64,000 nt of DNA from an uncultured bacterium. GTDB taxonomy: Bacteria > Krumholzibacteriota > Krumholzibacteriia > LZORAL124-64-63. The position numbers and the translations under genes are program-made. Location: NCBI GenBank assembly GCA_963727525.1, contig CAVSGO010000007.1:544001-608000 (forward strand), read 5' to 3'. How positions within the stretch are numbered: the first letter of the stretch is position 1; each line of letters begins with the position of its first letter. The notes under the pieces were generated by a model that was not told the DNA's origin, searched no databases, and saw only the letters and a list, made by a program, of their open reading frames with translations. This document shows, piece after piece, positions 9,511 through 20,123 of the stretch.

Positions 9511-11166
9511 ATGATCATTGCGACCGACATCCATCCTCTGCTCGCCGGCTGCCCGACGTCGCCGGAATCGGGGCATCCAGAGACGTTGCGCGACGAGCTG
9601 ACCGAGCTGGCGGCCGTGTACGACACCCTGTCGGTACGTTCGCGCATTCTCTTCGAGCAGCTCCGGAAGATGCTGGGACAGGAGAGGTTGCAGGAATGTC
9701 TGCTCGGGGTGCAGTCGCTCGCTGTCGCCGGTGAGCCGGCCGGCGCGCGCTTGCTCGCCGCATTCGTCGACGCCAACACGCCTGGTTCCCAGCTCGTGCC
9801 GCGGATCCAGCCCTTCGCGTCCACGGGACGGCTGCTCGCGCACCTGCGTCGCGGTGCTCCCGCGGCCGCCGGCAGCGAGCTGGCAGACTGGCAAGATCGC
9901 GCGCAAGCGGTAGTCGCCGCCTGTGCGCCGTACCAGACGCAGCGCCCCGGAGCCGGCGCAGGCCGTCTCCGCGCACGTGACGTGGAGCCGCTGCCGCGAT
10001 TGCGCCACGCCATGCAGGCTCTCGTGCCGCGCGAACGCTCGGCCGTGAACCCGGACAATCTGGGCTTGCTCGCGGAACTCGTGCGCCTGGAGGCCGACGC
10101 GTATCAGGAGCGCGTGAGTCAGCTCGCAGGATCGATCGATCCCTTCCGCGTCACGATCGTCGTGCGGGCCTTGCCGCTGCTGGGTCGGGCCGACGCCGAG
10201 ATCCGCGATCTCGGCCAGCTCGTGGCCTGGCTAGAGGCGGGAAACGTCGACGCCGCGTTCCGTCAGCGCGTGCCGCGTTTCCACGAGGTGCTCGACGGTC
10301 CCGAGCGGCCGCGTCTGACCGCGGCCTTGCACGCCGATCCGCGCCTCGCGCCCCTGGCCGCGGTGCACGACGCGCAGCGAGCAAATCCGCTCGCGATCCG
10401 TCAGCTCGCGGGTCCGGTGGCGCAGCTACTCGCGGTTGGACGGCAACTCGCGCACGCGGGCGTGCGCCGCCTCGACCTCGATCTCGTCAACGCTACCGCC
10501 ATCGCCCTCGCGCATTGCCCGGGTGGTCGTCTACGCCTGCCCTTGACGCCGGAACTCCAGTCATCGGTGGGCGCGATCCTCGTGGCACCGTCGTCGTGCG
10601 ATCCCTGGTCGGCGCCGCTGGTCGGAGGGCTGGCGCTCGAGAATGGCTATCTGATCGCGCGCGAGTCGCGTCAGGGGCTGAGCGATCGTATCTGGCGCCA
10701 CGACCTGCCCACCCCCGCCGAGCTCGCGACGAGCCAGGACCCGCTGGCAATCATCGTCGTGCCGGAGACGATCCCGGAGGACGAGGTGGTGGATCAGTCG
10801 ACGTTCGCCGTGAAGCAGATGGTGCTGGCCAATCTCGGGTGCGTGAGCATCGTGCTCGGCTTCCTGCGCAATCCCAAGGTGACGGCGATCCCCGGCCTGG
10901 TGGGCGAGATCGCGCGCCGGTCGCGGAGCGCGCGGGTGATCGAGGTCATCGCCACGGATCGCACGCTCCATGATGGCTTCGCCAACAAGGACGTGCCGCG
11001 CGCCTTGCTCGAGACTCCGGTGAACGTCTCGGTGAAGGCGCTGCGCAAGTTCGTGCACGTGAAGTACGTGTCGAAGACCGACCTCAAGCGCATGGCCGCC
11101 GACAAGGCGCGCCTTCGCAAAGACGTCATCTCCGAGATCAAGCACTACCTCGACTCGCTCGTCTGA
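9511..11166 (+). CDS. hypothetical protein with conserved-looking helical C-terminal domain
   Basis: long GC3-rich ORF; C-terminal FLRNPKV...VPRALLETPVN...DLKRMA resembles leucine-rich-variant helical repeats. Confidence 0.6.
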   Translation: MIIATDIHPLLAGCPTSPESGHPETLRDELTELAAVYDTLSVRSRILFEQLRKMLGQERLQECLLGVQSLAVAGEPAGARLLAAFVDANTPGSQLVPRIQPFASTGRLLAHLRRGAPAAAGSELADWQDRAQAVVAACAPYQTQRPGAGAGRLRARDVEPLPRLRHAMQALVPRERSAVNPDNLGLLAELVRLEADAYQERVSQLAGSIDPFRVTIVVRALPLLGRADAEIRDLGQLVAWLEAGNVDAAFRQRVPRFHEVLDGPERPRLTAALHADPRLAPLAAVHDAQRANPLAIRQLAGPVAQLLAVGRQLAHAGVRRLDLDLVNATAIALAHCPGGRLRLPLTPELQSSVGAILVAPSSCDPWSAPLVGGLALENGYLIARESRQGLSDRIWRHDLPTPAELATSQDPLAIIVVPETIPEDEVVDQSTFAVKQMVLANLGCVSIVLGFLRNPKVTAIPGLVGEIARRSRSARVIEVIATDRTLHDGFANKDVPRALLETPVNVSVKALRKFVHVKYVSKTDLKRMAADKARLRKDVISEIKHYLDSLV

Positions 11167-11285
11167 TGTCTCTAACATCCTGTCCGGTAACGAGATCTCG
11201 CAAACAGCGCTCTTGACTTGCACCCGCGTCGGCGTTTTCTTTGGCGTTTCCTCGCGGAGGCAGGGCTGCGGCCCAGGAGGGACGG

Positions 11286-12263
11286 ATGCGCCAGCCCGAT
11301 AGGCCCGGACATCGACGCTTCGTCATTGCCCTCGGCGGCAACGCCATCCTGCCTGCCGGCACGCGTGGCACGTACGAGGAGCAGGCGGGGGTCACGCGGC
11401 AGACAATGGACCAGGTCGCGCAGCTCGTGACGGCAGGCCACGAGATCGTGCTGACCCACGGCAACGGCCCGGTGGTCGGCAATATCGTGCTGCGGGGCGA
11501 CGCGGGCGAGCAGGTCCACGGCATCCCCGCCATGCCGATGTTCGTGTGTGGAGCCGAGAGCGAGGGCGGACTCGGGTTCCTGATCCAGCAGGCGCTGCAC
11601 AATGCACTGCGCGCCGCCGGTGTCGATCGGGCCGTGGCCACGGTGGTCACGCAGGTCACCGTCGACCCGCAGGATCCCGCTTTCGCGAAACCCGCCAAGC
11701 CGATCGGTCCGTTCTACAGCGAGGAACAGGCGCGCGTGCTCGCACGCGAGAACGGCTGGACCGTCGTGCAAGATTCCGGGCGAGGCTGGCGTCGCGTCGT
11801 GCCGAGTCCCCGGCCGCGCGAGGTCGTCGAGTGGCGGGCGATCAAGGCTCTGCTCGACGCGGGGATCGTCACGGTGGCCGTGGGCGGCGGCGGCATTCCC
11901 GTCGTCCAGGCGCGCGACGGCAGCCTCAGCGGCGTCGATGCCGTGATCGACAAGGACCGCGCGAGCGAGTTGCTCGGCAGACTCGTGGGCGCGGATACCC
12001 TGCTGATCATCACGCAGATCGACAAGGTGTACTTGCGTTACGGTCAGGCCGACGCCGAACCGGTCGATGTGCTGCCGGCCGCCCGCGCGGCGCGCTTGCT
12101 CGCCGCGGGGGAATTCCCGCCGGGGAGCATGGGGCCCAAGATCGAGGCTGCGCTCGGTTTCCTCGCGCACGGCGGGCACGAGGTGATCATCACCGATCCC
12201 GACTCCATCCTCGACGCAGTTGCCGGCCGGGCAGGTACCCGGATCTTGCCGGATCTCGCCTAA
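11286..12263 (+). CDS. arcC: carbamate kinase
   Basis: IALGGNA, THGNGPVVG, KPIGPFY, RRVVPSP, GGGGIPV, VIDKD, GSMGPK; AGGAGG RBS. Confidence 0.95.
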   Translation: MRQPDRPGHRRFVIALGGNAILPAGTRGTYEEQAGVTRQTMDQVAQLVTAGHEIVLTHGNGPVVGNIVLRGDAGEQVHGIPAMPMFVCGAESEGGLGFLIQQALHNALRAAGVDRAVATVVTQVTVDPQDPAFAKPAKPIGPFYSEEQARVLARENGWTVVQDSGRGWRRVVPSPRPREVVEWRAIKALLDAGIVTVAVGGGGIPVVQARDGSLSGVDAVIDKDRASELLGRLVGADTLLIITQIDKVYLRYGQADAEPVDVLPAARAARLLAAGEFPPGSMGPKIEAALGFLAHGGHEVIITDPDSILDAVAGRAGTRILPDLA

Positions 12264-12366
12264 GTCCCTGCCGGACAGCAGGTCAACCCGGTCGAGCGCG
12301 CACGGGTTTTTGGGTGTGCGCGGCCGCCCGCCTGCGGTACATTGGTCAGGACAAGGAGGACGACCC

Positions 12367-13674
12367 ATGGCACGCAAGGTTCTGGTCATCGGCAGCGGGG
12401 GACGCGAACACGCGCTCCTGCGGCAACTCGCGGCTTCGCCGCGCAACCCTGAGCTCTTCGCGGCGCCGGGCAATCCCGGTACGTCGACCCTCGCCACGAA
12501 CCTCGCCATCGCACCCTCCGATCACGACACCATCGAACGCGCGTGTGCGGACCACGGCATCGATCTCGTGATCATCGGACCCGAGGACCCGCTCATCGCA
12601 GGCCTCGCCGACCAGTTGCGCCGTGCGGGCATCGACGTCTTCGGCCCCGGCCGGCTCGGCGCTCGGCTCGAAGGCGACAAGGAGTTCGCCAAGGAGCTCA
12701 TGGCGTCGGCGGGCGTGCCCACGGCGCGCTTTCACGCATTCAGCAACCTCGAGACGGCGCTGGCGCATCTGGAGACGGCGACGATGCCGGTGGTCGTGAA
12801 GGCCTGTGGTGCCGCCCAGGGCAAAGGGGTCGCCGTCTGCGACTCGCGTGCGGAAGCGGCCGCGCACATCCGCCTCTGTCTGGAGACCCAGCAGTTCGGC
12901 GATGCGGGGCTGCGGGTGCTGCTCGAGGAATGTCTCTTCGGTCCGGAGCTCTCGCTGCTCATCGTCACCGACGGCCAGGACTACGCGCTGCTGGCGCCCA
13001 GCCGCGATCACAAGCGCGTGGGCGAGGGGGGCAGCGGACCCAACACCGGTGGCATGGGGGCGTTTGCACCGGTGCCCCTGGACGAGGCGACCTGCCTGGC
13101 GATCGACGCGAACATCGTGACGCCCACGCTCGCGGAGCTGCGTCGTCGCGATATCCCGTATCGCGGTGTGCTGTACGCCGGCCTCATGCTCACGTCCGAT
13201 GGACCGCGCGTCCTCGAATTCAACTGCCGCTTCGGCGACCCCGAGGCGCAGGTTGTGCTGCCGCTCATCCAGGGGGATTTTCTCGAGCTTGCCCACGCCA
13301 CCGCGCGCGGTGCCCTCGGCGACTTCCTCCAGGGGTTGCCTGATGCCGAGGCGTCCGGCCCGAGCGTCTGGCCGGGACACGGCCTCACCGACTGGGGTCG
13401 ACACTGCGTCGTCGTCGTGGGTGCGAGCAAGGGCTACCCGGGACGGTACGCCAAGGGCGCGCCCCTCGCGCTGCCGGACGACGCACCTGATCGCTGGCTC
13501 ATCCAGGCCGGTACCGCCATCCGCGACGGCGAGCTGGTGACGGCCGGGGGCCGTGTGCTTGGCGCGGTGGCCGAGGCGCACAGCCTGGCCACGGCGCGGC
13601 GCGCCGCCTACGCGTGCATCGACGGGGTCCGCTGCGACCAGATTTTCTTCCGACGCGATATCGCGCAAGCCTGA
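12367..13674 (+). CDS. purD: phosphoribosylamine-glycine ligase
   Basis: IGSGGREHA, GPNTGGMGA, LEFNCRFGDPE, TAGGRVL; AGGAGG RBS. Confidence 0.96.
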   Translation: MARKVLVIGSGGREHALLRQLAASPRNPELFAAPGNPGTSTLATNLAIAPSDHDTIERACADHGIDLVIIGPEDPLIAGLADQLRRAGIDVFGPGRLGARLEGDKEFAKELMASAGVPTARFHAFSNLETALAHLETATMPVVVKACGAAQGKGVAVCDSRAEAAAHIRLCLETQQFGDAGLRVLLEECLFGPELSLLIVTDGQDYALLAPSRDHKRVGEGGSGPNTGGMGAFAPVPLDEATCLAIDANIVTPTLAELRRRDIPYRGVLYAGLMLTSDGPRVLEFNCRFGDPEAQVVLPLIQGDFLELAHATARGALGDFLQGLPDAEASGPSVWPGHGLTDWGRHCVVVVGASKGYPGRYAKGAPLALPDDAPDRWLIQAGTAIRDGELVTAGGRVLGAVAEAHSLATARRAAYACIDGVRCDQIFFRRDIAQA

Positions 13675-13692
13675 GAGAAAGAAGCGGAATCG

Positions 13693-14187
13693 ATGACCGC
13701 GCCGAACCTGAATACATCCGCCCAGCCCCGTATCCTCGTGGTGCTGGGCAGTGCCTCGGACCTGCCCGTGGTCGAGGGCATGGCTCCGCTATGCGAACGC
13801 CTCGGCTTGAATTACCGCGTGGAGGTGGCGTCGGCCCACCGCCAGCCCGAGCGTCTGCGCGAGCTGATCGCCGCCGCCGAGGCGGGCGGCACCGAGATTT
13901 TCGTCGCCGTGGCCGGCATGGCCGCGCACCTGCCGGGCGTGATCGCGTCGCTCACCGGCAAGCCCGTCATCGGCGTGCCCGTGGCCGGTGGCGCGCTCGG
14001 TGGCATGGACGCGCTGCTGTCGATCGTGCAGATGCCGCCGGGCGTGCCGGTGGCCGCGGTGGCCATCGGCAGCGCCGGTGCGAAGAACGCCGTCGTGCTG
14101 GCGGCGCGCATCCTCGCCCTCAAGGACGCCGATGTGGCGGTGCGCCTGGATACCTACCGCGGCGAGCTGGCAGAAGGGAAGAAGTGA
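13693..14187 (+). CDS. purE: N5-CAIR mutase
   Basis: GSASD, SAHR, AGMAAHLPG, PVIGVP, SIVQMPPGVPVA. Confidence 0.96.
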   Translation: MTAPNLNTSAQPRILVVLGSASDLPVVEGMAPLCERLGLNYRVEVASAHRQPERLRELIAAAEAGGTEIFVAVAGMAAHLPGVIASLTGKPVIGVPVAGGALGGMDALLSIVQMPPGVPVAAVAIGSAGAKNAVVLAARILALKDADVAVRLDTYRGELAEGKK

Positions 14188-14200
14188 AGCGAGGGGCGAC

Positions 14201-14803
14201 GTGACCGTGCACCTTCCCGACATCGCCGCTGCGGCGTCGGCCCTGGCGCGCGGCGAGGTCGTGCTCATGCCCACGGACACGCTTCCGGGGCTGCATGCGC
14301 GGGTCGATCGGCCCGGAGCGCTGGCGCTTCTCAACGCCCTCAAGGGTCGCGGTCCGGCGCGTCCCCTGCTCGTGCTCGCCTCCTCGGCCGCGCAGGCGGC
14401 GGACGTGGCGGTGCTGCCGACCGGCACGGCCGCGGCCCTGGTCGCGCGCTGCTGGCCGGGCCCGTTCTCGTTCATCCTGCAGGCGCGGGATACGGTCGAC
14501 GCCCTGGTGACGGCCGGCACGGACACCGTCGCCGTGCGTGTGCCCGGTGTTGCCTGGCTGCGCGAACTGGTGGAGCAGGCCGGACGCCCCGTGGCCTCGA
14601 CCAGTGTGAACCGTAGCGGCGAGACGCCAGCCATCGATCTGGACGGGGCGTGCGCGTTCGCGCCGGATGTGGCTGTCTTCCGGGGACCGCGGCAGCCATC
14701 GGCGCCGGATCGGGCGTCGGCCGTGGTGGACCTCTTGGTCTGGCCACCGCGCGTGCTGCGCGATGGTCCGGTCGCCCTGCCCGACGTCGAATCGCTTGCG
14801 TAG
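14201..14803 (+). CDS. tsaC: L-threonylcarbamoyladenylate synthase (YrdC/Sua5 family)
   Basis: PTDTLPGL, LKGR, WPGPFSFIL, VAVRVP, STSVNRSG; GTG start 14201. Confidence 0.88.
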   Translation: MTVHLPDIAAAASALARGEVVLMPTDTLPGLHARVDRPGALALLNALKGRGPARPLLVLASSAAQAADVAVLPTGTAAALVARCWPGPFSFILQARDTVDALVTAGTDTVAVRVPGVAWLRELVEQAGRPVASTSVNRSGETPAIDLDGACAFAPDVAVFRGPRQPSAPDRASAVVDLLVWPPRVLRDGPVALPDVESLA

Positions 14804-14838
14804 CGTCCATGCTGACAGGCCATTACGCCGCCGCCGCC

Positions 14839-14867
14839 TTGACTGGGTCCAGGACGGGGTCTAATCT
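14839..14867 (+). promoter_or_regulatory. probable sigma-70 promoter
   Basis: TTGACT-N17-TAATCT upstream of the phosphatase-rpiB-glyA run. Confidence 0.5.
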
Positions 14868-14890
14868 TTGCCGCAAAGGGAGCCCCGGGC

Positions 14891-15391
14891 GTGAACCAGC
14901 GAACCATCGTGTTTATCTGCAGCGGGAACACCTGCCGCAGCCCCCTTGTCCAGGCCCTCGCGGCGCGCCGCTGGGGTAACCGCGCCGTGGTTCTCTCGGC
15001 GGGCTTGCAGGCGACGACGGGCCAGCCGGCGAGCGAGGGTGCCCTGGCCGTGGCGGCCGAGCGTGGTGCGGACCTCGCGGACCATCGCTCGCAACCCGTG
15101 AACGTGGCGCTGCTCGCGAAGGCCGACTGGATCATCGGCATGACGCGCGCCCATGTCGCCATGTTGAAGGCGCGCTACGGGGGCGCGATCGCCGGGAGCG
15201 TGGGGCTGCTCGGCGCGCCGGGCCAGGATCTGTGCGCCATCGCGGCGACGCCCGCGGTCGAGGAACTGCGCGATCCCTTCGGGGGTCCGCTCGATACGTA
15301 TCGCGGTATCGCGGACCAGGTCGAGCGTTTGCTCGCTGCCTGGGATCCCATCGTGACGCCGGACGACCCCAACGGGAGGGGAGATGCATGA
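14891..15391 (+). CDS. low-molecular-weight protein phosphatase, YwlE-like arginine phosphatase
   Basis: CSGNTCRS P-loop, DPFGG; sua5-phosphatase-rpiB-glyA synteny. Confidence 0.88.
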   Translation: MNQRTIVFICSGNTCRSPLVQALAARRWGNRAVVLSAGLQATTGQPASEGALAVAAERGADLADHRSQPVNVALLAKADWIIGMTRAHVAMLKARYGGAIAGSVGLLGAPGQDLCAIAATPAVEELRDPFGGPLDTYRGIADQVERLLAAWDPIVTPDDPNGRGDA

Positions 15392-15858
15392 CGATCGCCA
15401 TCGGTTCGGATCACCGCGGTTACCTGCACAAGACGCGCCTGATCGCGGAGCTCGCCGCGCGCGGCCACACCGTGCGCGACTGCGGTTGCGCCGGCCTCGA
15501 ATCGGCAGATTATCCCGATGCCGCTTTCGCTGTCGCCACGCTCGTGGCCGAGGGCGACGCCGGCGCGGGCATCCTCATCTGCGGCTCGGGCATCGGCATG
15601 AGCATTGCCGCCAACAAGGTGGCCGGCGTGCGCGCCTCGCTGTGCTGCGACGAGGAGGCGGCCCGCACCACGCGCGAGCACAACGATAGCAACATCCTCT
15701 GCCTAGGCGGCGACCGCACGTCGGTCGACGACTCCGTACGCTTCGCGAACGCCTATCTGGGCGCCAGCTTCGCCGGCGGTCGCCATGCGCGCCGTGTGAC
15801 CAAGATCACGACCTGGGAATCCGAGCACGCTCCCGAGAGAGGGGATCGCCATGTATGA
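15388..15858 (+). CDS. rpiB: ribose-5-phosphate isomerase B
   Basis: [39 protein letters not shown]. Confidence 0.95.
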   Translation: MTIAIGSDHRGYLHKTRLIAELAARGHTVRDCGCAGLESADYPDAAFAVATLVAEGDAGAGILICGSGIGMSIAANKVAGVRASLCCDEEAARTTREHNDSNILCLGGDRTSVDDSVRFANAYLGASFAGGRHARRVTKITTWESEHAPERGDRHV

Positions 15859-17095
15859 TGCCGTCCGCGAGACCGACCCCGAGCTCGCCACCATCCTGCA
15901 GTCCGAACTGGTGCGGCAGCGTGGTCAGCTCGAGATGATCGCCAGCGAGAACTTCACGAGCCGCGCCGTGCTCGAGGCGGTCGGCAGCGTGCTGACGAAC
16001 AAGTACGCGGAGGGCTATCCCAACAAGCGCTACTATGGTGGTTGCGTGCACGTCGACGAGGCGGAGACGCTGGCCAAGAAGCGCGCCTGTGAGCTCTTCG
16101 GCGCCGAGCGCGCCAACGTGCAGCCGCACAGCGGTTCCACGGCGAACCTGACGGCGTACCTTGCCTTCTGCAAACCGGGCGACAAGATCCTCGGTCTCAG
16201 CCTCAGCCATGGGGGCCATCTCACGCACGGCCACCCCGTGAACTTCTCCGGCCTCATCTTCGAGGCGCTGCACTACGAGGTGGCCCGCGATACGGAGCTG
16301 ATCGACTACGACGCGATGCGCGACATCGCGTTGCGGGAACGTCCGAGCCTCATCGTCGGCGGTGCCAGCGCGTATCCGCGCACGTGGGATTACGCGGCGA
16401 TGCGGCAGATCGCCGACGAGGCGGGAGCCGTATTCATCTTCGACATGGCCCATATCGCCGGCCTGGTGGCCGGCAAGGTGCATCCGAGCCCGGTGCCGCA
16501 CGCCGACGTCGTCACCTCCACGACGCACAAGACGCTGCGCGGGCCGCGCGGGGGGCTGATCCTCTGCAAGCAGGAGCGTCTGAAGGACATCAACAAGATG
16601 AACTTCCCGGGCATCCAGGGGGGGCCGTTGATGCACGTGATCGCCGGCAAGGCGGTGTGCCTGCACGAGTGCCTGCAGCCGTCCTTCGCGCAGTACGCGC
16701 AGCAAGTGGTGGACAACGCGCAGGCGCTGGCCAAGGCGCTCCTGGGCCGCGGGTTTCGCCTCGTGAGCGGCGGCACCGACAATCACCTTCTGCTCGTCAA
16801 TTGCAAGCCGAAGGGCATGACCGGCAAGGAGATGGAGGCACTGCTGGAGAATGTGGGCATCACCTGCAACAAGAACACGGTGCCGTTCGACGAGGAGAGC
16901 CCGTTCGTCACGAGCGGCATCCGGCTCGGCACCCCGGCGTTGACCACGCGCGGCATGGGTACGGTGGAGATGACGCGCATCGCCGACATCATCGACCGTG
17001 CCGTCGCGCAGCGCGCCGACGAGGCGGCGCTGGCGCGGCTACGTCACGAGAGCGAGGAACTCGCCGGCGCGTTCCCGCTCTACCCGGAGCTGTAG
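15851..17095 (+). CDS. glyA: serine hydroxymethyltransferase
   Basis: [41 protein letters not shown]. Confidence 0.98.
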   Translation: MYDAVRETDPELATILQSELVRQRGQLEMIASENFTSRAVLEAVGSVLTNKYAEGYPNKRYYGGCVHVDEAETLAKKRACELFGAERANVQPHSGSTANLTAYLAFCKPGDKILGLSLSHGGHLTHGHPVNFSGLIFEALHYEVARDTELIDYDAMRDIALRERPSLIVGGASAYPRTWDYAAMRQIADEAGAVFIFDMAHIAGLVAGKVHPSPVPHADVVTSTTHKTLRGPRGGLILCKQERLKDINKMNFPGIQGGPLMHVIAGKAVCLHECLQPSFAQYAQQVVDNAQALAKALLGRGFRLVSGGTDNHLLLVNCKPKGMTGKEMEALLENVGITCNKNTVPFDEESPFVTSGIRLGTPALTTRGMGTVEMTRIADIIDRAVAQRADEAALARLRHESEELAGAFPLYPEL

Positions 17096-17113
17096 CGTGG
17101 CAGGAGCGCGATC

Positions 17114-17581
17114 GTGAAGTGTCCGAAGTGCGGCATGGAGAATGACAAGGTCGTCGATTCGCGCCTCGTGCGCGAGGGGCGGGCCGTGCGTCGTCGGCGC
17201 GAGTGCGCCGATTGCGGCGAACGCTATACGACGTACGAGTCACAGGAGACGCGGCCGGTGCTCGTCCTCAAGCGCGACGGGCGCCGGGTGTCCTACGATC
17301 GATCGAAGGTCGTGGTCGGCATCGCCAAGGCTTGCGAGAAGCGACCCGTGAATCTCGAACAGATCGAGATCATCGTCGACAACATCGAACAGGATCTCGT
17401 GCGCTCGGGCCGGCGCGAGGTGCCGACGGAGATGATCGGCCAGATGGCGATGGCGCGCCTGCGCGAGGTCGACGATGTCGCCTACGTGCGCTTCGCCTCG
17501 GTGTATCGGAGCTTCCAGAGCGTGGACGAGTTCCTCGCGGTCCTGCGCAGCCTGCAGGCCGGCAAGGATGAGGGCGCGTGA
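17114..17581 (+). CDS. nrdR: transcriptional repressor NrdR
   Basis: CPKC...VRRRREC..C zinc ribbon, ATP cone, VAYVRFASVY. Confidence 0.96.
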   Translation: MKCPKCGMENDKVVDSRLVREGRAVRRRRECADCGERYTTYESQETRPVLVLKRDGRRVSYDRSKVVVGIAKACEKRPVNLEQIEIIVDNIEQDLVRSGRREVPTEMIGQMAMARLREVDDVAYVRFASVYRSFQSVDEFLAVLRSLQAGKDEGA

Positions 17582-18501
17582 GCGACGACCGGGAACAGCC
17601 GCGTCCGCCCGCCGAGGGCCCAGTGCCGCGCGGTCGGGCCGTGCCGCCACCGCCGGAGGTTCCGGAGCCCGATCCGGCACCCATGGGCGACGCGGAACCG
17701 CCCGAGCCTGCAAACACCGCGGACGACATTGCCTCGATGTCGCTGATCGATCACCTCGACGAGCTGCGGGCGGTCCTCATCCAGACCGCGGTGGCGGCGT
17801 TTCTCGCCACGATCATCGCCTGGTTCTTTTCCGGCCCCTTGCTCGACTTCATGGTGCAGCCTCTCAAGGAATTCGGGATCTTCTTCACCTCCCCGTACGA
17901 GGCTTTCGTCACCCGGATGAAACTGGCCGCGATGGTGGGGTTGCTGGTGATCGTGCCCTTCATTCTCTTCAAATTCTATGGCTTCGTGCTGCCAGGGCTG
18001 TACCGCAAGGAGCGCCGCGTCGTCACACCGCTGCTGGTGGCGTCCACCCTGCTTTTCTACGTCGGTGCGGCCTTCGCCTACCTCGTCGTGATCCCGACGG
18101 TGGTGCGGTTCCTCCTCGGCTTCGGCACCGATCTGATGAGACCGATGATCACGGTCGGCCACTACTTCGCGTTCGTGGCCAGGCTCTGCCTGGGATTCGG
18201 ACTCATCTTCGAGCTGCCGGTCGTGGTGTTCTTCTTCTCCATCCTGGGGTTCGTGGATCCCCGGTGGCTGCTGCGGGGCTGGCGCTACGCCCTCGTGATC
18301 ATCGCCACGATGTCGGCGATCCTGACGCCGCCGGATGTCTTCAGCCAGCTCGCCATGGCCGTCCCGGTGAGCCTGTTGTATATCTCGTCGGTTCTCGTGT
18401 CGATGGTGGCCACCCGCGGACGCACCCGCCGCCGCTGGCGCTGGGGCGCCGACACCGACGTCGACGCCCCGTCCGACGAGGACGCGAGCCGAGACCGCTG
18501 A
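17578..18501 (+). CDS. tatC: twin-arginine translocase TatC
   Basis: HLDELR, PGLYRKE, FELP, ILTPPD; six TM segments. Confidence 0.94.
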   Translation: MSDDREQPRPPAEGPVPRGRAVPPPPEVPEPDPAPMGDAEPPEPANTADDIASMSLIDHLDELRAVLIQTAVAAFLATIIAWFFSGPLLDFMVQPLKEFGIFFTSPYEAFVTRMKLAAMVGLLVIVPFILFKFYGFVLPGLYRKERRVVTPLLVASTLLFYVGAAFAYLVVIPTVVRFLLGFGTDLMRPMITVGHYFAFVARLCLGFGLIFELPVVVFFFSILGFVDPRWLLRGWRYALVIIATMSAILTPPDVFSQLAMAVPVSLLYISSVLVSMVATRGRTRRRWRWGADTDVDAPSDEDASRDR

Positions 18502-18546
18502 CAAGGCCGGTACGTTCCGGCCCGAACCCGAATCCTGGTGGCCTGC

Positions 18547-19551
18547 ATGCAACTGCCCGATCATGAGCGCATCAAGCTGGTGATGCTCCAGCGCAAGATC
18601 CAGTCGCCTCTCGCCCAGATGGAGGCGGCGTACGCGCGGCTACTCGATTCGGACAGCCCGCTCACCCGTGCCGTGTGCGACCACGTGCGTCGTGGCAAGA
18701 GCAAGCTCTTCCGCCCGACGCTCCTGCTCCTCTGCGCCATGGACCGCAAGGGCGTGGCGCCGCCGGCCGTGGAAGCGGCGGCTGCCGTGGAACTGGTGCA
18801 CACCGCCACGCTCGTGCACGATGATTTCATCGACGGTGCCGAGACTCGCCGCGGCCAGCCGTCGGTGAACGTGGCCTTCGGGCCCGAGGTGGCCCTCATC
18901 ATGGGCGACCTGCTCTACACCAAGGCCCTCAATCACCTGGGGCAACTCGATCTCGACTTCGCGTACAAGCTGCTCACGCGCACGGCGGTGCTGATGAGCG
19001 AAGCCGAGATGATGCAGGTGGAGAACCGCTTCCGGCTCGACGTCCCCGAGGACACGTACCTGCGCATCATCTACCAGAAGACGGCGTCCCTCATCGAGTG
19101 CGCGTGCCGGATCGGCTCGTCGCTCCACCCGGATGGTGCGGGCCGCGATGCGGTCTTCGAGGTCTTCGGAGGCAAGACGGGGCTGGTGTTCCAGATCACG
19201 GATGATATCTTCGACTACCTCGGCGATCCGCGCCGCCTGGGCAAGCCCACGGGGGCCGACTGGGAGGAAGGGCGCATCACGTTGCCGCTCATCGCGGCCT
19301 GGCGACGGGCCGATGCCGAGCAACGACAGCGACTTTCCGTCGTGGCGCAGGAACGCGATCCGCGGACCCGTGCGGCGGCGTGGCCACAGGTGCAGGGTTT
19401 CGTGGCGGATCACGAGGGAGTCGACTATGCCTACGAGAAGGCGCGCGCCTTCGCCGCCGAGGCCAAGCTGGCTCTCAATCAGCTCCCGTCAGGTACCCAG
19501 CGCGATCTGCTGCAGGTGGCCGTCGAATACGTCGTCAATCGTCTACACTAA
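18547..19551 (+). CDS. polyprenyl diphosphate synthase (IspB/HepT family)
   Basis: LVHDDFID...RRG and FQITDDIFD Asp-rich motifs, KTA. Confidence 0.93.
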   Translation: MQLPDHERIKLVMLQRKIQSPLAQMEAAYARLLDSDSPLTRAVCDHVRRGKSKLFRPTLLLLCAMDRKGVAPPAVEAAAAVELVHTATLVHDDFIDGAETRRGQPSVNVAFGPEVALIMGDLLYTKALNHLGQLDLDFAYKLLTRTAVLMSEAEMMQVENRFRLDVPEDTYLRIIYQKTASLIECACRIGSSLHPDGAGRDAVFEVFGGKTGLVFQITDDIFDYLGDPRRLGKPTGADWEEGRITLPLIAAWRRADAEQRQRLSVVAQERDPRTRAAAWPQVQGFVADHEGVDYAYEKARAFAAEAKLALNQLPSGTQRDLLQVAVEYVVNRLH

Positions 19552-20123
19552 TGGACAGTCAGGATCCGATACCCATGCCCCATGATCACGAGTCCACCGG
19601 ACCCGAAACCACGGGTTCCGCGTCGACCGAATCCTCGCCCGAGGAAACCGGTATCACACCGGTCTCCACGCATTTGCCGGATGCCAGTGAAGGGTTCCGC
19701 GTCGCCGAGCGCGCCGCTGCCCTCGCCATCGACAAGAAGGCCGACGATGTCGTCATCGTCGACCTGCGTGGGCTCTCTGACGTATGCGATTTCTTCGTGA
19801 TTGCCACCGGCCAGGCCGACGTCCAGGTGCGCGCCATCGCGGGCGCAGTGGAGGACGGCCTGCGCAAGATCGGACAGAGGCCGGTCGGCGTGGAGGGCAC
19901 GAACGAGGGGCGCTGGGTGCTGATCGACTTCTTCGACGTGGTCGTGCACGTCTTCCGGTACGAGGCGCGCGACTACTACCAGCTCGAACGCCTCTGGGCC
20001 GACGCGCCGGTCCTGGTGGTCGACGCGGACCACCTGAGCAGCGACGGATTCAGGGAGCGGCAGCCCGAGCTCATCACGCCGCCGGCAGCCGGCCGCGCAG
20101 GCGAAGCGACGGAAGCACCATGA
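19551..20123 (+). CDS. rsfS: ribosome silencing factor
   Basis: DKKADDV, DFFVIATG, WVLID, VVVHVF, RDYYQLERLW. Confidence 0.93.
   Translation: MDSQDPIPMPHDHESTGPETTGSASTESSPEETGITPVSTHLPDASEGFRVAERAAALAIDKKADDVVIVDLRGLSDVCDFFVIATGQADVQVRAIAGAVEDGLRKIGQRPVGVEGTNEGRWVLIDFFDVVVHVFRYEARDYYQLERLWADAPVLVVDADHLSSDGFRERQPELITPPAAGRAGEATEAP

Noticed and set aside
7002-9734. 910-aa ORF as a single gene
   Set aside because: The first 276 codons overlap the 7054-7833 gene and the tail overlaps the 9511 gene; better explained by a start at 7830 plus a frameshift.
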